Assembly (NCBI GenBank): GCA_040954595.2
Contig: JBECUI020000051.1
Coordinates: forward strand, 1 to 60,918
DNA length: 60,918 nucleotides
Direction: 5' to 3'
Source: Balanoglossus misakiensis
Lineage: Eukaryota > Animalia > Hemichordata
Each line of letters begins with the position of its first letter. The first letter of the stretch is position 1. The notes below the pieces were generated by a model that ran no database searches, had not been told where the DNA came from, and saw nothing but the letters and a program-made list of their open reading frames with translations. Shown here one piece after another: positions 49,400 to 60,918 of the stretch. The position numbers and the translations under genes are program-made.

Positions 49400-50183
49400 A
49401 TGAAAATATTTGATACGCACGCCCATATCGGGCTTATACATGAAGACAACATAGAGCAGTTATTAGTGCTACAAGAAGCACGACAGAGCGGCACAGTTGC
49501 CATTATTACTATATGTAACGGAATTGATTCCTTCTTTTCCCTATTATGATTCTCTCAAAACCTCTCCCATTGTATACTTCGCTATTGGTGTATCACCTTC
49601 AGAAGTTACCAATCCGGGCACCGACTGGGAATTAAAAATTGAAAAAGGAAGTACACTGCCAAACGTTATAGCAATTGGTGAAACAGGACTTGATTATTAT
49701 CGCAAGTTCGGTAATAGAGATGCCCAGGTAGAACTCTTTATCCGCCAGTTAGAACTTGCAAATAAGCTGAATAAGCCGGTTATTGTGCATAACCGGGATG
49801 CCGGAGCAGATGTGTACAGTATCCTGAAAGATAACCTGCCAGAACGTGGGGCAGTACTTCACTGCTTCTCAGAAAACTGGGATTATGCACAGCAAGTACT
49901 CGAATATAATGTGTACATATCTTTTGCAGGCAGTGTTACATACCATAAGGCAAGACATCTGCATGAAGTTGCAAAACAGATTCCTATGGATCGTCTCCTT
50001 ATTGAGAGCGAAAGCCCCTTTATAGTTCCTGCAAACTATCGGGGAAAACGTAATATGCCCAAGTATATTACCGAGACAATAGACTATATCGCAAAGATAC
50101 GGAATATATCGTCAGAAGAGATTGCCGAACAAACCTACCAGAATGCCTGCACCCTCTTCGGCATCGATCCTAAAACTCTCTAG
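49400..50183 (+). CDS. tatD: TatD-family nuclease (frameshift near 49500)
   Basis: MKIFDTHAH from ATG 49400; IGETGLDY, HNRDA, HCFS. Confidence 0.9.
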
Positions 50184-50885
50184 TGCTCTGCCATTGCCGC
50201 CGTACCTCGTATAAAAGAGCCCCGGCAGCACGGAAGCATTGAGCGAATCTACCTTTTCAGAACCGGGAAGGGAAAGAATGACATCACAATTCTTTTTTGC
50301 CGCATAGCTAATTCCATTGCCCTCGCTTCCGACAACAATGGCCGTAGCACGCGGAAACGATTCCTTCCAAACAATCGTCCCATCCATATCACCACCATAG
50401 ATCCAAAAACCCATGCGCTTCAGGAAGCGTAGTGCTTGAGATATGTTTTTTACAGTTGCATAGGGAACAGTAAATGCCGTGCCCGCAGAACTGCGCAGCA
50501 CCGAATCGGTAATGGCATAGGCAGAACGTACACTGGCAGTAATAAGAAGTGCGGTATTAAATTGGCAGCTGTGCGAAATATCGCGCCAAGATTTCTGCGG
50601 ATCAAGCAGATGGTCTAAAACAAGAACAAGAGTCTGCGCATTCTTGTCATAACTCCATTTCTTCAGGTCAACCGGGATAGGCACAGTTGCTGAAAGAACC
50701 ACATTACGTACGAGAGGGGGAGATATGCGGAGTAACTCACTCTTTGAAACATAGGTGATCGGTATCTTATACCGAGTCGCAAGATGAACAATATCCTTGA
50801 CTTGTCCTGCATGATTATCAACATAGAGGTGCTGAGCGTACCCATACCGACATGCAGCATGAATGGCATGGTGAGAGGTTATCAT
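50170..50885 (-). CDS. 23S rRNA 2'-O-methyltransferase, RlmB/TrmH family (frameshifted)
   Basis: LDHLLDPQ, SSAG, VGSEGNG, DSLNASV. Confidence 0.85.
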
Positions 50886-50921
50886 TATTGTATGCACTAT
50901 ATCAGCATACAATAATACTGC

Positions 50922-52042
50922 TTAGCTGTCCAGAAAGGAATATTTCTGTCTCTTGAGTGGCATAGGGTTCTTATTTTCCGGCTCATAGTCGGATAAGCTA
51001 CGAAATAGCTCTTTTTCTTTTCCCAGTTTCTCGGGAATAAGAACGTATATTTCCACGTACATATCACCCTGTCTGCTGATCATGCCATGGTGAGGAACCC
51101 CTTCTCCCCGTACACGAAGAATCTTACCATTTTGCGTCCCGGAGGGGATCTTTAACTTAAGGTTCTTATCATCCAGAGTTACAATGAAAATTTCGGCACC
51201 GAGAACCGCCTGAGATATAGTTATCGGAATAGTGCAGTACAGGTCATAGTCTACGCGGTAAAAATATGCATGGGGAATAATATTTAAGCCCACATTGAGA
51301 TCCCCAACACTTCTGTCACGTCCCTCACTTCCTCTCCGCGTATAGTCAAATATCGCCCCTTCTTCCATTCCTGCCGGTATGCTGATGCGAATACGTTTGC
51401 GCGTTCTTGCAGCCCCATTCCGGAGCAATCTAAACAACGTTCTTTGACAATGCTTCCAGCCCCATTACAGTGTGAACAGACCGTAGTAATTGAAAAGAGT
51501 CCTGAATTACGCCGAACCTGACCTGACCCACCGCATTGCGGACAGGTAATGGCTTGGCTGCCGCGAGGAACCCCCTGCCCTGAACAGGTTGCACATATTA
51601 CCTTACGGAGATATTCGACTTCAACATTGCCGCCAAAGACATGCGTACGGAAATTAATATCAAACGTAATATTACGTCCTCACCACTTGCTTGTCGACGA
51701 CCGCCACGGGATCCTCTCCCAGTGCCAAAGAGATCAAACATTCCCGAAAATCCCCCGAAGATATCATCAAACTCACGAAATATATTGCTAAAATCGTGTT
51801 GTTCGCCGTACTCTCCCCCTGTACCCCAGCAAAGCCAAACTGATCGTAGGATTTGCGTTTCTCCGCGTTCGATAGGATTTCATAGGCTTCGGTGGCTTCC
51901 TTAAATAATGTCTCAGCAGCATGGTTGTCTGGATTGCGATCAGGATGGTTCTGTATCGCTATTTTCCTGTATGCACTTTTAATCTCCGCAGGAGATGCAC
52001 CTCTACTTACCCCAAGAACTCGTAATAATCTCGCTTAGCCAC
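50922..52042 (-). CDS. dnaJ: Chaperone DnaJ (multiple frameshifts)
   Basis: GTG start giving AKRDYY, HPDRNPD, CxxCxGxG repeats, [14 protein letters not shown]. Confidence 0.92.
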
Positions 52043-52079
52043 CAGCCCCCCACTTAGATAGTACGTGCGATAGTATGTA

Positions 52080-54011
52080 CTATTTGTCATCTACCACTTC
52101 ATAGTCAACATCTTCGGCCTGCTGCTTGCTCCCGCTGTCCTTCTCATTTGATTCCGAACCCTTACTTGAACTGGGCTCTTCATTAGAACTATCACTAGAA
52201 GTTTGTGTTGACTTATATGCCTCTTCACTGAGTTTATGGGCAGCTTCTTTTAACTTGGTGGCAGCAGTATTAATTACTTCCGCATTCTTGCTTTCCATTG
52301 CCGTGCGAAGTTCTGTAATAGCTTCTTCAATCTGTTTCTTGTCGCCGCTTTTTACTTTGTCTCCTAATTCTTTCAGCGCTCGTTCAGTGCTAAAAATAAG
52401 AGTATCGGCTTCGTATATGCATCGACAGCACTACGCAGAGACTTGTCTTCATCTGCATGGTTCTTCTGCTTCCTTGACCATGCGCTCAATTTCCTCTTCG
52501 GTAATGCCGGAAGAACTTTCTATGCGAATTTTTTGCTCCTTGCCCGTTCCCAAGTCCTTAGCCGAAACATGTACTATTCCGTTTGCATCAATATCAAATG
52601 TAACCTCAATTTGTGGAACACCCCGAAGGAGCAGAAGGAATTCCAACCAGATCAAACTTCCCCAATGTCCTATTCTGCACTACCATTTCACGCTCTCCTT
52701 GCAGAACGTGGATGGATACAACCGTCTGGTTATCACCAGCGGTTGAGAATACCTGACTCTTTCGTGTAGGGATAGTCGTATTGCGTTCAATAAGTCGGGT
52801 AAATACACCACCGAGTGTTTCAATACCCAATGAAAGCGGAGTTACATCCAAAAGAAGAATGTCTTTTACATCCCCACCAAGAATGCCACCCTGTATGGCA
52901 GCACCAAGTGCAACAACCTCATCAGGATTCACCCGCGATGCGGTTCCCTCTCAAAGAGATCACGAACAATTTCCTGCACTGCAGGGATCCGTGTCGACCC
53001 ACCGACTAGAACAACCTGATCAATCTCCAAATGCCGATAGTCCGGCGTCCTTGAGAGCATTGCGACAGGGTTCTTTTGTCTTTTCCAATAAATGGCTAAT
53101 CATTTGCTCAAACTTGGCTCGATTAAGAGAGTACTGTAAATGCTTCGGTCCACTGGCATCTGCAGTAATAAAGGAAGATTTATCTCGGTCGATGTGGAAC
53201 TGGAAAGCTCCTTCTTTGCTTTTCTGCCGCCTCTTTCAAACGCTGTAATGCCATGCGATCCTGAGAAAGATCAATGGCCGTATCGCTCTTAAACGTGCTG
53301 ATCAGCCAGTCAATAATGTGCTGATCAAAGTTATCTCCTCCAAGATGGGTATCCCATTGGTAGATTTAACTTCAAAGACTCCATCGCCGAGTTCAAGAAT
53401 GGAAATATCAAAGGTACCACCGCCTAAATCATAGACAGCAATTTTTTTCGTCTTTTTTCTCTTTTCCAAATCCATACGCTAATGCCGCAGCCGTTGGTTC
53501 GTTACATACGTTTTACTTCCAGCCCCGCAATGCGTCCTGCATCCTTCGTTGCTTGCCGCTGTGCATCGTTAAAATAAGCTGGAACAGTAATAACCGCCTC
53601 GGTAACAGTAGTTCCCAGATATTCCTCAGCAGTTTCTTTCATCTTGCGAAGAATCATTGCGGATATCTCCGGTGGAGATATCTGTTCTTTGTCAATAACA
53701 ACATGAATACCATTCTGCTTGGATTTTTCTACCTTGTAGGGAACCATAGAAACTTCTTCGTCAACTTCAGAGAATTTTCTTCCCATAAAACGCTTAATCG
53801 AATAGACTGTTTTGTCAGGATTGGTAACAATCTGATTTTTTGCAGGCTGACCGGTTAATCGTTGTTCTTGGTTGTCTTTTTGAGTAAAAGCATCAACGGA
53901 TGGCGTAGTACGCTGTCCTTCGCTGTTTTGTATAACAACTGCATCGCTGCCTTCCATAACAGCAACACAACTATTTGTCGTTCCAAGATCTATCCCGATA
54001 ATTTTGCCCAT
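52080..54011 (-). CDS. dnaK: Chaperone DnaK (multiple frameshifts)
   Basis: [62 protein letters not shown]. Confidence 0.96.
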
Positions 54012-54036
54012 ATTATCCTCCAAATTTTATATTTAT

Positions 54037-54678
54037 TTATTTTTTTTCTGCTTCATTTGCTGGTAGTAACACTTTTACCTTAGCATTACGCACAACTTTA
54101 TCATACAATGTATATCCATTCTGATATACCTCAATTACTGTTGGACCTTCAACTGAATCCCTTGTTTCTACAGCAATTGCTTCATGAATAGTGGGGTCGA
54201 AATCCTTATTAAGTGATTCATATCGCACCAGTTTCCACTGTTGCTCAAGATTTACACGTAGCTGTCGATTGATTAACTCAATGCCAGCCTTAAATGATTC
54301 AACGGTTGCAGTCTCGTCAGTAAACTGTATAGCACGCTCCAGGTCATCAAGAAATGATATAATGTCCAGCAGAAGTGCCTTGTTTGCAAATTGCACATCC
54401 TGCTGCTTGTCCCGCATCAAACGCTTTCTTACATTATCAAAATCAGCACGCACTCGCAGAATGTCTTCCTGTAAGCCAGCTCGCTCATGCAGCAATTTTT
54501 CAATCTGAAGTTTTTGTTCCCTTATCAGATCTGTTGCATCTTGTTCTGATTGTGCTGATTGTTCCGATTGTTCCGATTGTTCCGATTGTTCTTCAAGTAC
54601 GGGAATATCCGCGGATTCCGATATATCATTGGAATCCAGCTCTACCGGTTTTGTATTAATATCTTGTTGTTCTGCCAT
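54037..54678 (-). CDS. grpE: Nucleotide exchange factor GrpE
   Basis: RADFDNVRKR, DDLERA, FDPTIHEA, GY.L..KVVR.AKV. Confidence 0.94.
   Translation of the reverse strand: MAEQQDINTKPVELDSNDISESADIPVLEEQSEQSEQSEQSAQSEQDATDLIREQKLQIEKLLHERAGLQEDILRVRADFDNVRKRLMRDKQQDVQFANKALLLDIISFLDDLERAIQFTDETATVESFKAGIELINRQLRVNLEQQWKLVRYESLNKDFDPTIHEAIAVETRDSVEGPTVIEVYQNGYTLYDKVVRNAKVKVLLPANEAEKK
54541..54591. repeat. 9-bp tandem repeat (EQS units) in the grpE N-terminus
   Basis: About 5.7 units of TTGTTCCGA and variants. Confidence 0.85.
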
Positions 54679-54726
54679 TAATTTGTTCCTTGTGCACTGA
54701 TAATTTCTTCAGCAAATAATTAAGCT

Positions 54727-54755
54727 ATAGTACATAGTATAATATATAATGTCAA
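54727..54755 (-). promoter_or_regulatory. Sigma70-type promoter of grpE-dnaK-dnaJ
   Basis: Minus strand TTGACA (54755-54750), 17 bp spacer, TACTAT (54732-54727). Confidence 0.6.
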
Positions 54756-54793
54756 TAAATTGTTATGAACGAACCGACATTTCAAGTATAAGT

Positions 54794-57700
54794 CTACCTC
54801 GCCCTTACTGATATTCGTTTTGCGAGCGATTTCATCCACACTCCAACCAAGTTTGGATAAACGGATAACCGTTTTTTGTGCATCACGTTGAGGTGCACCT
54901 TTTCTTTTGAAGCAGTTTCTTTTAGCTCACCACGTACAACATGCTCCAACTGCCTTAATTGTTCGTCAATTTCTTTACTGAGGGTTGTATACCTCGTTTC
55001 CGAACGGGCAACCCATTCCCGCGACTGCTTCACCTCTTCCAGACGTTCTTCGAGGTTGCCGAGATCGCTGTTTAATGAATTGAAGACTTCAACAACATGC
55101 TCTGCCTCTTCTTACCCCGGAACTGAGGGTCTGTATGGTATCCCCATGCTCTGAACATTCTCAGCAAATGTGCTAAGGGATCCTGATAATTCCTGAATAC
55201 GTCCGTCAAGCTCACCAAGCCTGTCAAAATTGTTATCAACAGTTTTAATAGTAACATCAATAAGAGAACGCTTCTTGTCCAAGCGATTAAGACGATCGCC
55301 TAGGTCTTTCTCCAAATTTCAATATGCTGAAAGCGAGATTTTACTCTTTGCAACTCATCGTTTCTGTCAGTAAGGTCGGCAACCTTGCGGTCAACCGATT
55401 GCGACAATTCTCCAAGAACACGATAACGTTCTTCCAGAGCATCAAGTTTGCGTTTGTCTTCGCTCAGCCGAAGCAACTGTCGCACGTTCTCTTTGCTTTG
55501 CTGCTGAACCTTGTTAACCTCCGCTTCAAGGTCTCGGACAACCCCCCGTGCATTCTCTAGCTGCTCTATTTCACTCTTGTAAGTAATTCAGGTTTTCCTT
55601 TAAACTCAAAGCGCATGGACTCAACTCGTCGGAAGAGTTTGGTTTGTTCAATGAATTCCCGCTGACGTTTATCAATCTTACCGAGATTTTCTTCAAGTGA
55701 ATGGACTGATTGCTCCAGTTTACTAATGAGTTTATGCCGTTGCGAAAAGAACTGGTCGCGGGCATCGTTGATGATATTTCTTATCTCTTCGCGGAAAGAA
55801 ACCTTGTTTTCTTCCAACTCATCAAACAATGACGCCGATTGATTCTGAAAGTGTGTACTTGCCTGCACAACATTGCTCTCCAGCTCATGTATCTTGCTCT
55901 CAATACCACCACTGGCACTTTCAACCTCTTCGTTCATTGTACGAAGAGAGCCTTCAACACTCTGTGATTGTGCACGAATTTTTTTCTCCGTTTCCAAGGA
56001 ATGCTGTAAAAACTGTGCTTCAAAATGTTCCATTGCATTCTGCCGAACATTTCCTATCTTGCCCTGTAATTCTTCTTCCAGGGTTTTCAGTGATGTACTC
56101 GTTTGATTTATGCCAATATCCAGTTCCTTGCGCATGCCGAGAGAACTGAATCGTCAATATCCTGTACCTGTCCATCTACCCGCTTGCGCAAGTCCCCCAA
56201 TACCCCGGACATGTTTCGGTTAAGCTCCTGCTCCTGCTCTTGCAATCTCGTATGCTGATTGACCTCAAGGGTTCGTAACTCCTCGGAAAAATGTTCGCGG
56301 AAGTCCTCAATTTCTTTGCGCATTTTCTGGTCGTTATCGTTTAGGTTGCCTAGAAACTCCTTACTGAATAATTCTATCTTATCTCCTAAATCAATATGCG
56401 CCCTACTCTTAACACTACTAACCTCGCGTTCAATCTCTGCAAGGTCGGTGCGAATAGATTCCTGTTCTTTATTCATTTCAAGCATGATTTCGTTTCTATA
56501 CTCTGCAATTTCTGCTGGAATCTCATCAAACTTGCTTTGTAAACTTATCGTGGTACGCTCAATTACTTCGCGCATCTCCTTATCAAGCAAATCGATGTCC
56601 TGCCGGAGTACTTCGAGCTTCGTTATTCTATAAATGAAGTCCTGCTCAAAGTCACTAATTCGCTTGTCAAGTTTGTTAAATACCTGCTGCTCCACCGATT
56701 GATGATGCTTCTGCATAAAGGTGGGAAGGGAATCGATAAATGTTTGTATCTCCTGCTTTACATTGTCGAGCTTGGTACGCGATTCCTCTGTCTGCCGAGA
56801 TATATCGTCTTCGCAGTATGAACATTGTTTAGTTGCTTCTCGCAGTCCTCAACGCGTTCTACCAATGACTGCTTAAATGTATCAAAATACTGCTCAATGT
56901 CGCCTGCTTGTCGGCAAAGCCTTCTGCAAGGGTCTTCAGCTGTGCTTCCATATCCGATGCCAAGATCCGACTCTGCTTGTCAATATCCGACTTAATACGT
57001 GCCAAGGCCTTCGACTCTTCATTGCTTGCTGAGGTGGTTAATTTGTCAATGCGGTCTTTCATTTTGCCGTATAACCCGTCCAGACGTTTACTAAACTCGG
57101 AAAAATATGTTGTAAGAATCTCCCGCTGTTCCTGCACCTGATTATTATGCGACTGAACACTGTTTGTAAGATCAACCGTAAATTCCTGATATAACTCTGT
57201 ACGAACACGTTGTAATGATGCAACCGTTTGCTCTTCCTCGTTGGTGAGACGGGCAAAAAGCGTTTTCGTCTGCTCTTCGAGTTCAAGAAAATTGCTCCGT
57301 ATATCATTGATTGATTGACGTTCCGCATCAAGCTGTTGCTGTATGGTCGCCGTTAACTCTTGCTCCGCATCGCTGCCCAACTCTGCAAAACGTTTCTCGG
57401 ACTCGGCAAGAAGTCTTTCCTGCAACTCCTGAAATTTTCCCCGGAATGAGTCCAGGTCTTTTTCAAAACTACGGATAACTTCCTCAGTGTCCATACAACG
57501 GGCAGTTAACTGATCCGAACGAATCGCAACGTCTTCAAAGACTTTAGACTGGAATTCCTCCATCTCCTGTGCATTCCGGTTCTGCATGGAGTCGACTATG
57601 TTTTCGGATTCCTTTTGAAGATTGTCGATATGATCTTGAATTTTGTTTGCCCGCTTGCCGACCTCATCAACATAACGAGATTCATCGTGGATACGCTGTA

Positions 57701-58055
57701 AGTTTTCCTCGACGTTCTTTGTCATATGTGCAAGATCTTGCAAAACCCGGTCGTATTCCCGAATACGATCATCAACATGATCAATGGCTTGCAACCTTGA
57801 CCCGAACCCGTCTTCCACCTCTTTTGCCTTTTGGAGAATGGCACGCACAGTTTGTTGCTGCACCTCTATTTCCACTCCCATATTCTTCAGGACTTCAACC
57901 TTTTCGTCTACCAGCACTGTAAGATCGTTTCGCACCTTTTCAGCGGTTCGCTTTATGCGAGATTGCAGACGGGACGGACTATCCATGCGCCTATAAATTA
58001 TCAGCATGATAGTAACGATAATGAGAACAACTACGTTATTTATTACAAACTGCAT
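54794..58055 (-). CDS. Long coiled-coil protein with N-terminal anchor (SpiroCoCo-like), many frameshifts
   Basis: N-terminal TM then YRRMD; consecutive coiled-coil fragments ending in QSREWVARSETR. Confidence 0.72.
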
Positions 58056-58125
58056 TGAGAAAGACCTCCCAATCTTCTCAGACCTACTATTGACACGGTA
58101 TTCATGTCATTGTTTTATAACTATA

Positions 58126-58794
58126 CTAAGCAAAACATAAATATTCTTCAAGCCTATGCAATAAAGAACGATAACAGGAAAATTGTATTGTTGCATTATA
58201 AGAACGCAACAATGCAAATGTTAGATAAGCACTCATCATTCCCATTTCTTCAGCCCCAAGGATATCATAATGATAATTATCCCCAACAAATAACACCTTG
58301 TTTGGTGCTACATGAAGTTTATCACTAATATCCATAAAGGGTTTCTCATGGGGTTTTAAATAACCACTGTCTTCGGAACAATGGGACTGCATCCCAACAG
58401 GATTCCAAATGAAGATACTCCAGTTTTTTTCCTATGGGAAAATCAGATAAGATTCCTGTTGCTATGCCTTTGGCATGCAACCAATCTAATAACCGGGTAA
58501 TGCCCGAATAGGGTTTAACGTTGCTAATTGCACGGGGGATCCGGTATAAAACAAGTCATCAATGTATTGATGTGCCTCTTCGACAGGGATATCCAACATA
58601 GCTGCAAGCATGGTAGCTTGTTTGTTATGTATATCACCAAGCGGTGTAATGTGTCGGAGATGTGCCCGTATTTTTCCAAAGGCCGACATAAACTTGATAT
58701 GCGCCAAACAATACGGAAAAAGTTGTAATTTGACCTTTGAGTTCGGATACAACGTCCCATCCAGATCAAAAATAACTGCCTGAATATCGTGCAT
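58126..58794 (-). CDS. HAD hydrolase (frameshifted)
   Basis: FDLDGTLY, LKPH..PF, FVGDNYHYDI.GA. Confidence 0.85.
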
Positions 58795-58845
58795 TTAGAT
58801 TATTGTATACCATGTATGAATACTTATGCAAGTATCCCCATACAA

Positions 58846-60163
58846 TTAATTAGCAAGATCAGTTTGGATGCGGGGAATCTGAAAGGCTTGTACCCCCGGA
58901 GCATGCACGATGTGTATGTAATCGGTCGGATAACGTTTCAGTAATAATGCCGGATCAGTTTCCACATTGCGTTCAAATACCCGCAAATGAAATTCTCCGC
59001 TTGTACTGATATAAGGCAAAAGGACAACAACGTGAACATGCTGGCGAAGAAGTGTGTTATCGCAAAGGGCTTATTAATGCTTGCAAAATAGATCCTTCCC
59101 GGATGTTCTTGAACCTCTTGTAAGAGAATTTCTTCGAGTTTTCTCATGGGATACCCAACGTCTTCAATATAGGAGAAACTGTCTGATTACGTAGATCGTA
59201 GGCTTCGAGATCAACTGCTGTAGATATTTCGGCACTTAGTTTGCTGATTTCGCTTAGTTTGCTATCTTCTTTCAAATTGTTGAGCACCCAAGCTATGTTT
59301 CGTGTCCAGTCCAAACCAAAATACGGATCGCGCTCGTACTCATGAAAGGCGCCCCACTGATTCCACGAATGCCGGTATGCCGCTGCTTCAATGTTTCAAT
59401 GGATAAATACTGATGATGCTCAGGATAATAAAAGCCATCTGCTACCCATTTTGCAAACCCGGAGCAGTTAAATCCCGACAGGTCTGCCTGCATGCCCTGT
59501 GTACTGATGTAGACCAGATTCCCTTGGGCATCCATGGCGCCGTCTTCTGCATCGGGGAGATAGGGCAGATAGGCATGAATGCGATTTGCTAACTCACTGA
59601 TCCCTTCGTTCTTCATGACCTCGCTTGATAGGACATGTTGTCAATAAGAATCCTGTCCCATTGCACGAGTCGTTCTGTCGCTACCCGTATCAGCTTGAAG
59701 GAATCTACCAATAACACTGCAAATGATATGGGAATATCAATGTTCTTATACAGTAACTTCTCTTCCTTATAAATATTCATACGGCTTCCCGTACCATGTG
59801 ATGGATGCGAAGAAAATGCCGTCCTTCATTGGAAAGAAATATCTTTATTTGATCGACCTTATTGCTGCTCAGGGAGCGCCGGATGATATAACTCCCTGTG
59901 GCTGAAATTGAAAAGGCATTCTGCAATTCCGGCAAAAAGAGAAAATAGACATGCTTTTTTTCCTACTAACAGTAAATTGTACCCGCGGCAAGCCATTGCC
60001 TTGCACAAAAACCTGTCCTGAAACGCCAGAAGCCCCGGTCTATTGATGCAAATAAGTACTCACGGAGCTGATACCGGGCAATGCTACTCTCTAGTATATC
60101 AGACGCTCCAACTGGGAGAACCGATATTATGACACAGATAATGACCGTATATACAAACTTCAT
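58846..60163 (-). CDS. Hypothetical exported protein (several frameshifts)
   Basis: Signal-peptide fragment 59966-60163 and GFNCSGFAKWVADG fragment 59293-59616; both ends are approximate. Confidence 0.5.
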
Positions 60164-60168
60164 ATTAG

Positions 60169-60539
60169 TTATATCGACTTATTACTGAACTCTCTCAATT
60201 CTTTTAAGAGCAGCCCTACGTTTTCCAAGTGACGATAGAGTTTTCGATGTGCAATGGAAACCGCAAGCAAGGCATTCTTTATTTCCTCGCATTGCTGCTT
60301 GATGTGAACATTATTCTTTGCATGCAATAGATGCTCGGTTGCCCCTTGAATGCTGTATTTCTTATTGATAACAAGATGACGAACACGAAAAAGCTGTCGT
60401 AATGTTTCGAAAGAATACATGCGCATATTGTTTTTTCGGTAATGCGGAGCGAGGGTGGGAATATGTTCTTCCCAATAGCGAATGGTATGGGGCGGGATGT
60501 CTAATATCTCTGCCACTCGCCAATCCGAAAATACTGCAT
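60169..60539 (-). CDS. MerR-family HTH regulator (frameshift near the start)
   Basis: ATG 60539 gives MQYFRIG, continuing in another frame as VAEILDIPPHTIRYWE...R.Y...YSIQGA. Confidence 0.8.
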
Positions 60540-60918
60540 TAACGCCTCCGGTGCGTATCTCTAAGCCAATGGGAACTGATGAAAATCCAAGATCCCGACG
60601 GATGCAATTAATAAGGTACCGGTGATATGAAGGTGGAACTTTCTGTTTAGCAAACAAGAGAAATCGAACTGGGTTCGATGAGACTTGTGTTGAATAACGG
60701 ATTTTCGGTATCCGTCGACCGGATACGGCAAACCTCTCCTGCCAAATTTTGAAGGTGCTTATTTAGAACTGGGGTAGCAATTTTTTTCCGTAGTTCTGCA
60801 TAACCCCGAAACGCAGCATCTAACAGACGCTCTAACCCCAAATCCAGTCTGACTGGAACAGGGAAAATTTGTGCATAGGCGAGCAGTGGAAAGAAAAAAC
60901 GAATATTATCTTTTAGGT
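60539..60918 (-). CDS. der: 3' end of ribosome biogenesis GTPase Der/EngA (partial, frameshifted)
   Basis: Fragments ATPVLN, VPPSYHRYLINCIRRDLGFSSVPIGLEIR fit the Der KH-like C-terminal domain. Confidence 0.8.

Noticed and set aside
54679-54793. CIRCE element or hrcA upstream of grpE
   Set aside because: No TTAGCACTC-N9-GAGTGCTAA and no hrcA gene were found; only a sigma70-like promoter is present.
60169-60657. Der-MerR fusion protein (162-aa ORF)
   Set aside because: It is a chimera made by indels. A TAATG stop/start overlap at 60537-60541 separates der from the MerR gene.
39877-60918. Mass pseudogenisation or programmed frameshifting
   Set aside because: Essential genes are hit and the density follows position in the window, which fits sequencing indels.

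Overview
About 61 kb of a bacterial chromosome, most likely a spirochaete. The assignment rests on a SpiroCoCo-like coiled-coil gene upstream of grpE-dnaK-dnaJ, an M23-bactofilin-YaaR block beside tatD, and a plant-like long IlvC. Most of the window is housekeeping: pgm, miaB, mtaB, sua5, sufCBD, pepD, ilvC, chaperones, der. There are three accessory regions. (1) A 9.2 kb gene for a giant FN3/Ig/beta-helix lipoprotein. (2) An array of eight covarying hairpin repeats at 13.07-15.68 kb that precedes and brackets two near-identical coiled-coil PD-(D/E)XK genes. (3) An AT-rich island of about 9.6 kb (31.9-41.5 kb), flanked by a duplicated 3' end of the fructosamine-kinase gene. The island encodes what looks like a variant sulfoquinovose transaldolase (sulfo-TAL) pathway: TRAP importer, GH188-type NAD-dependent sulfoquinovosidase, sulfofructose transaldolase, sulfolactaldehyde reductase, DUF4867, TauE exporter and a ROK repressor with two identical candidate operators. 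It has no canonical SQ isomerase; an IolB/KduI-like cupin sits in its place and is the best candidate for an undescribed enzyme. Frameshifts become dense after about 40 kb, including in essential genes, and are read as sequencing errors. All family calls come from motif recognition by eye; no searches were run.
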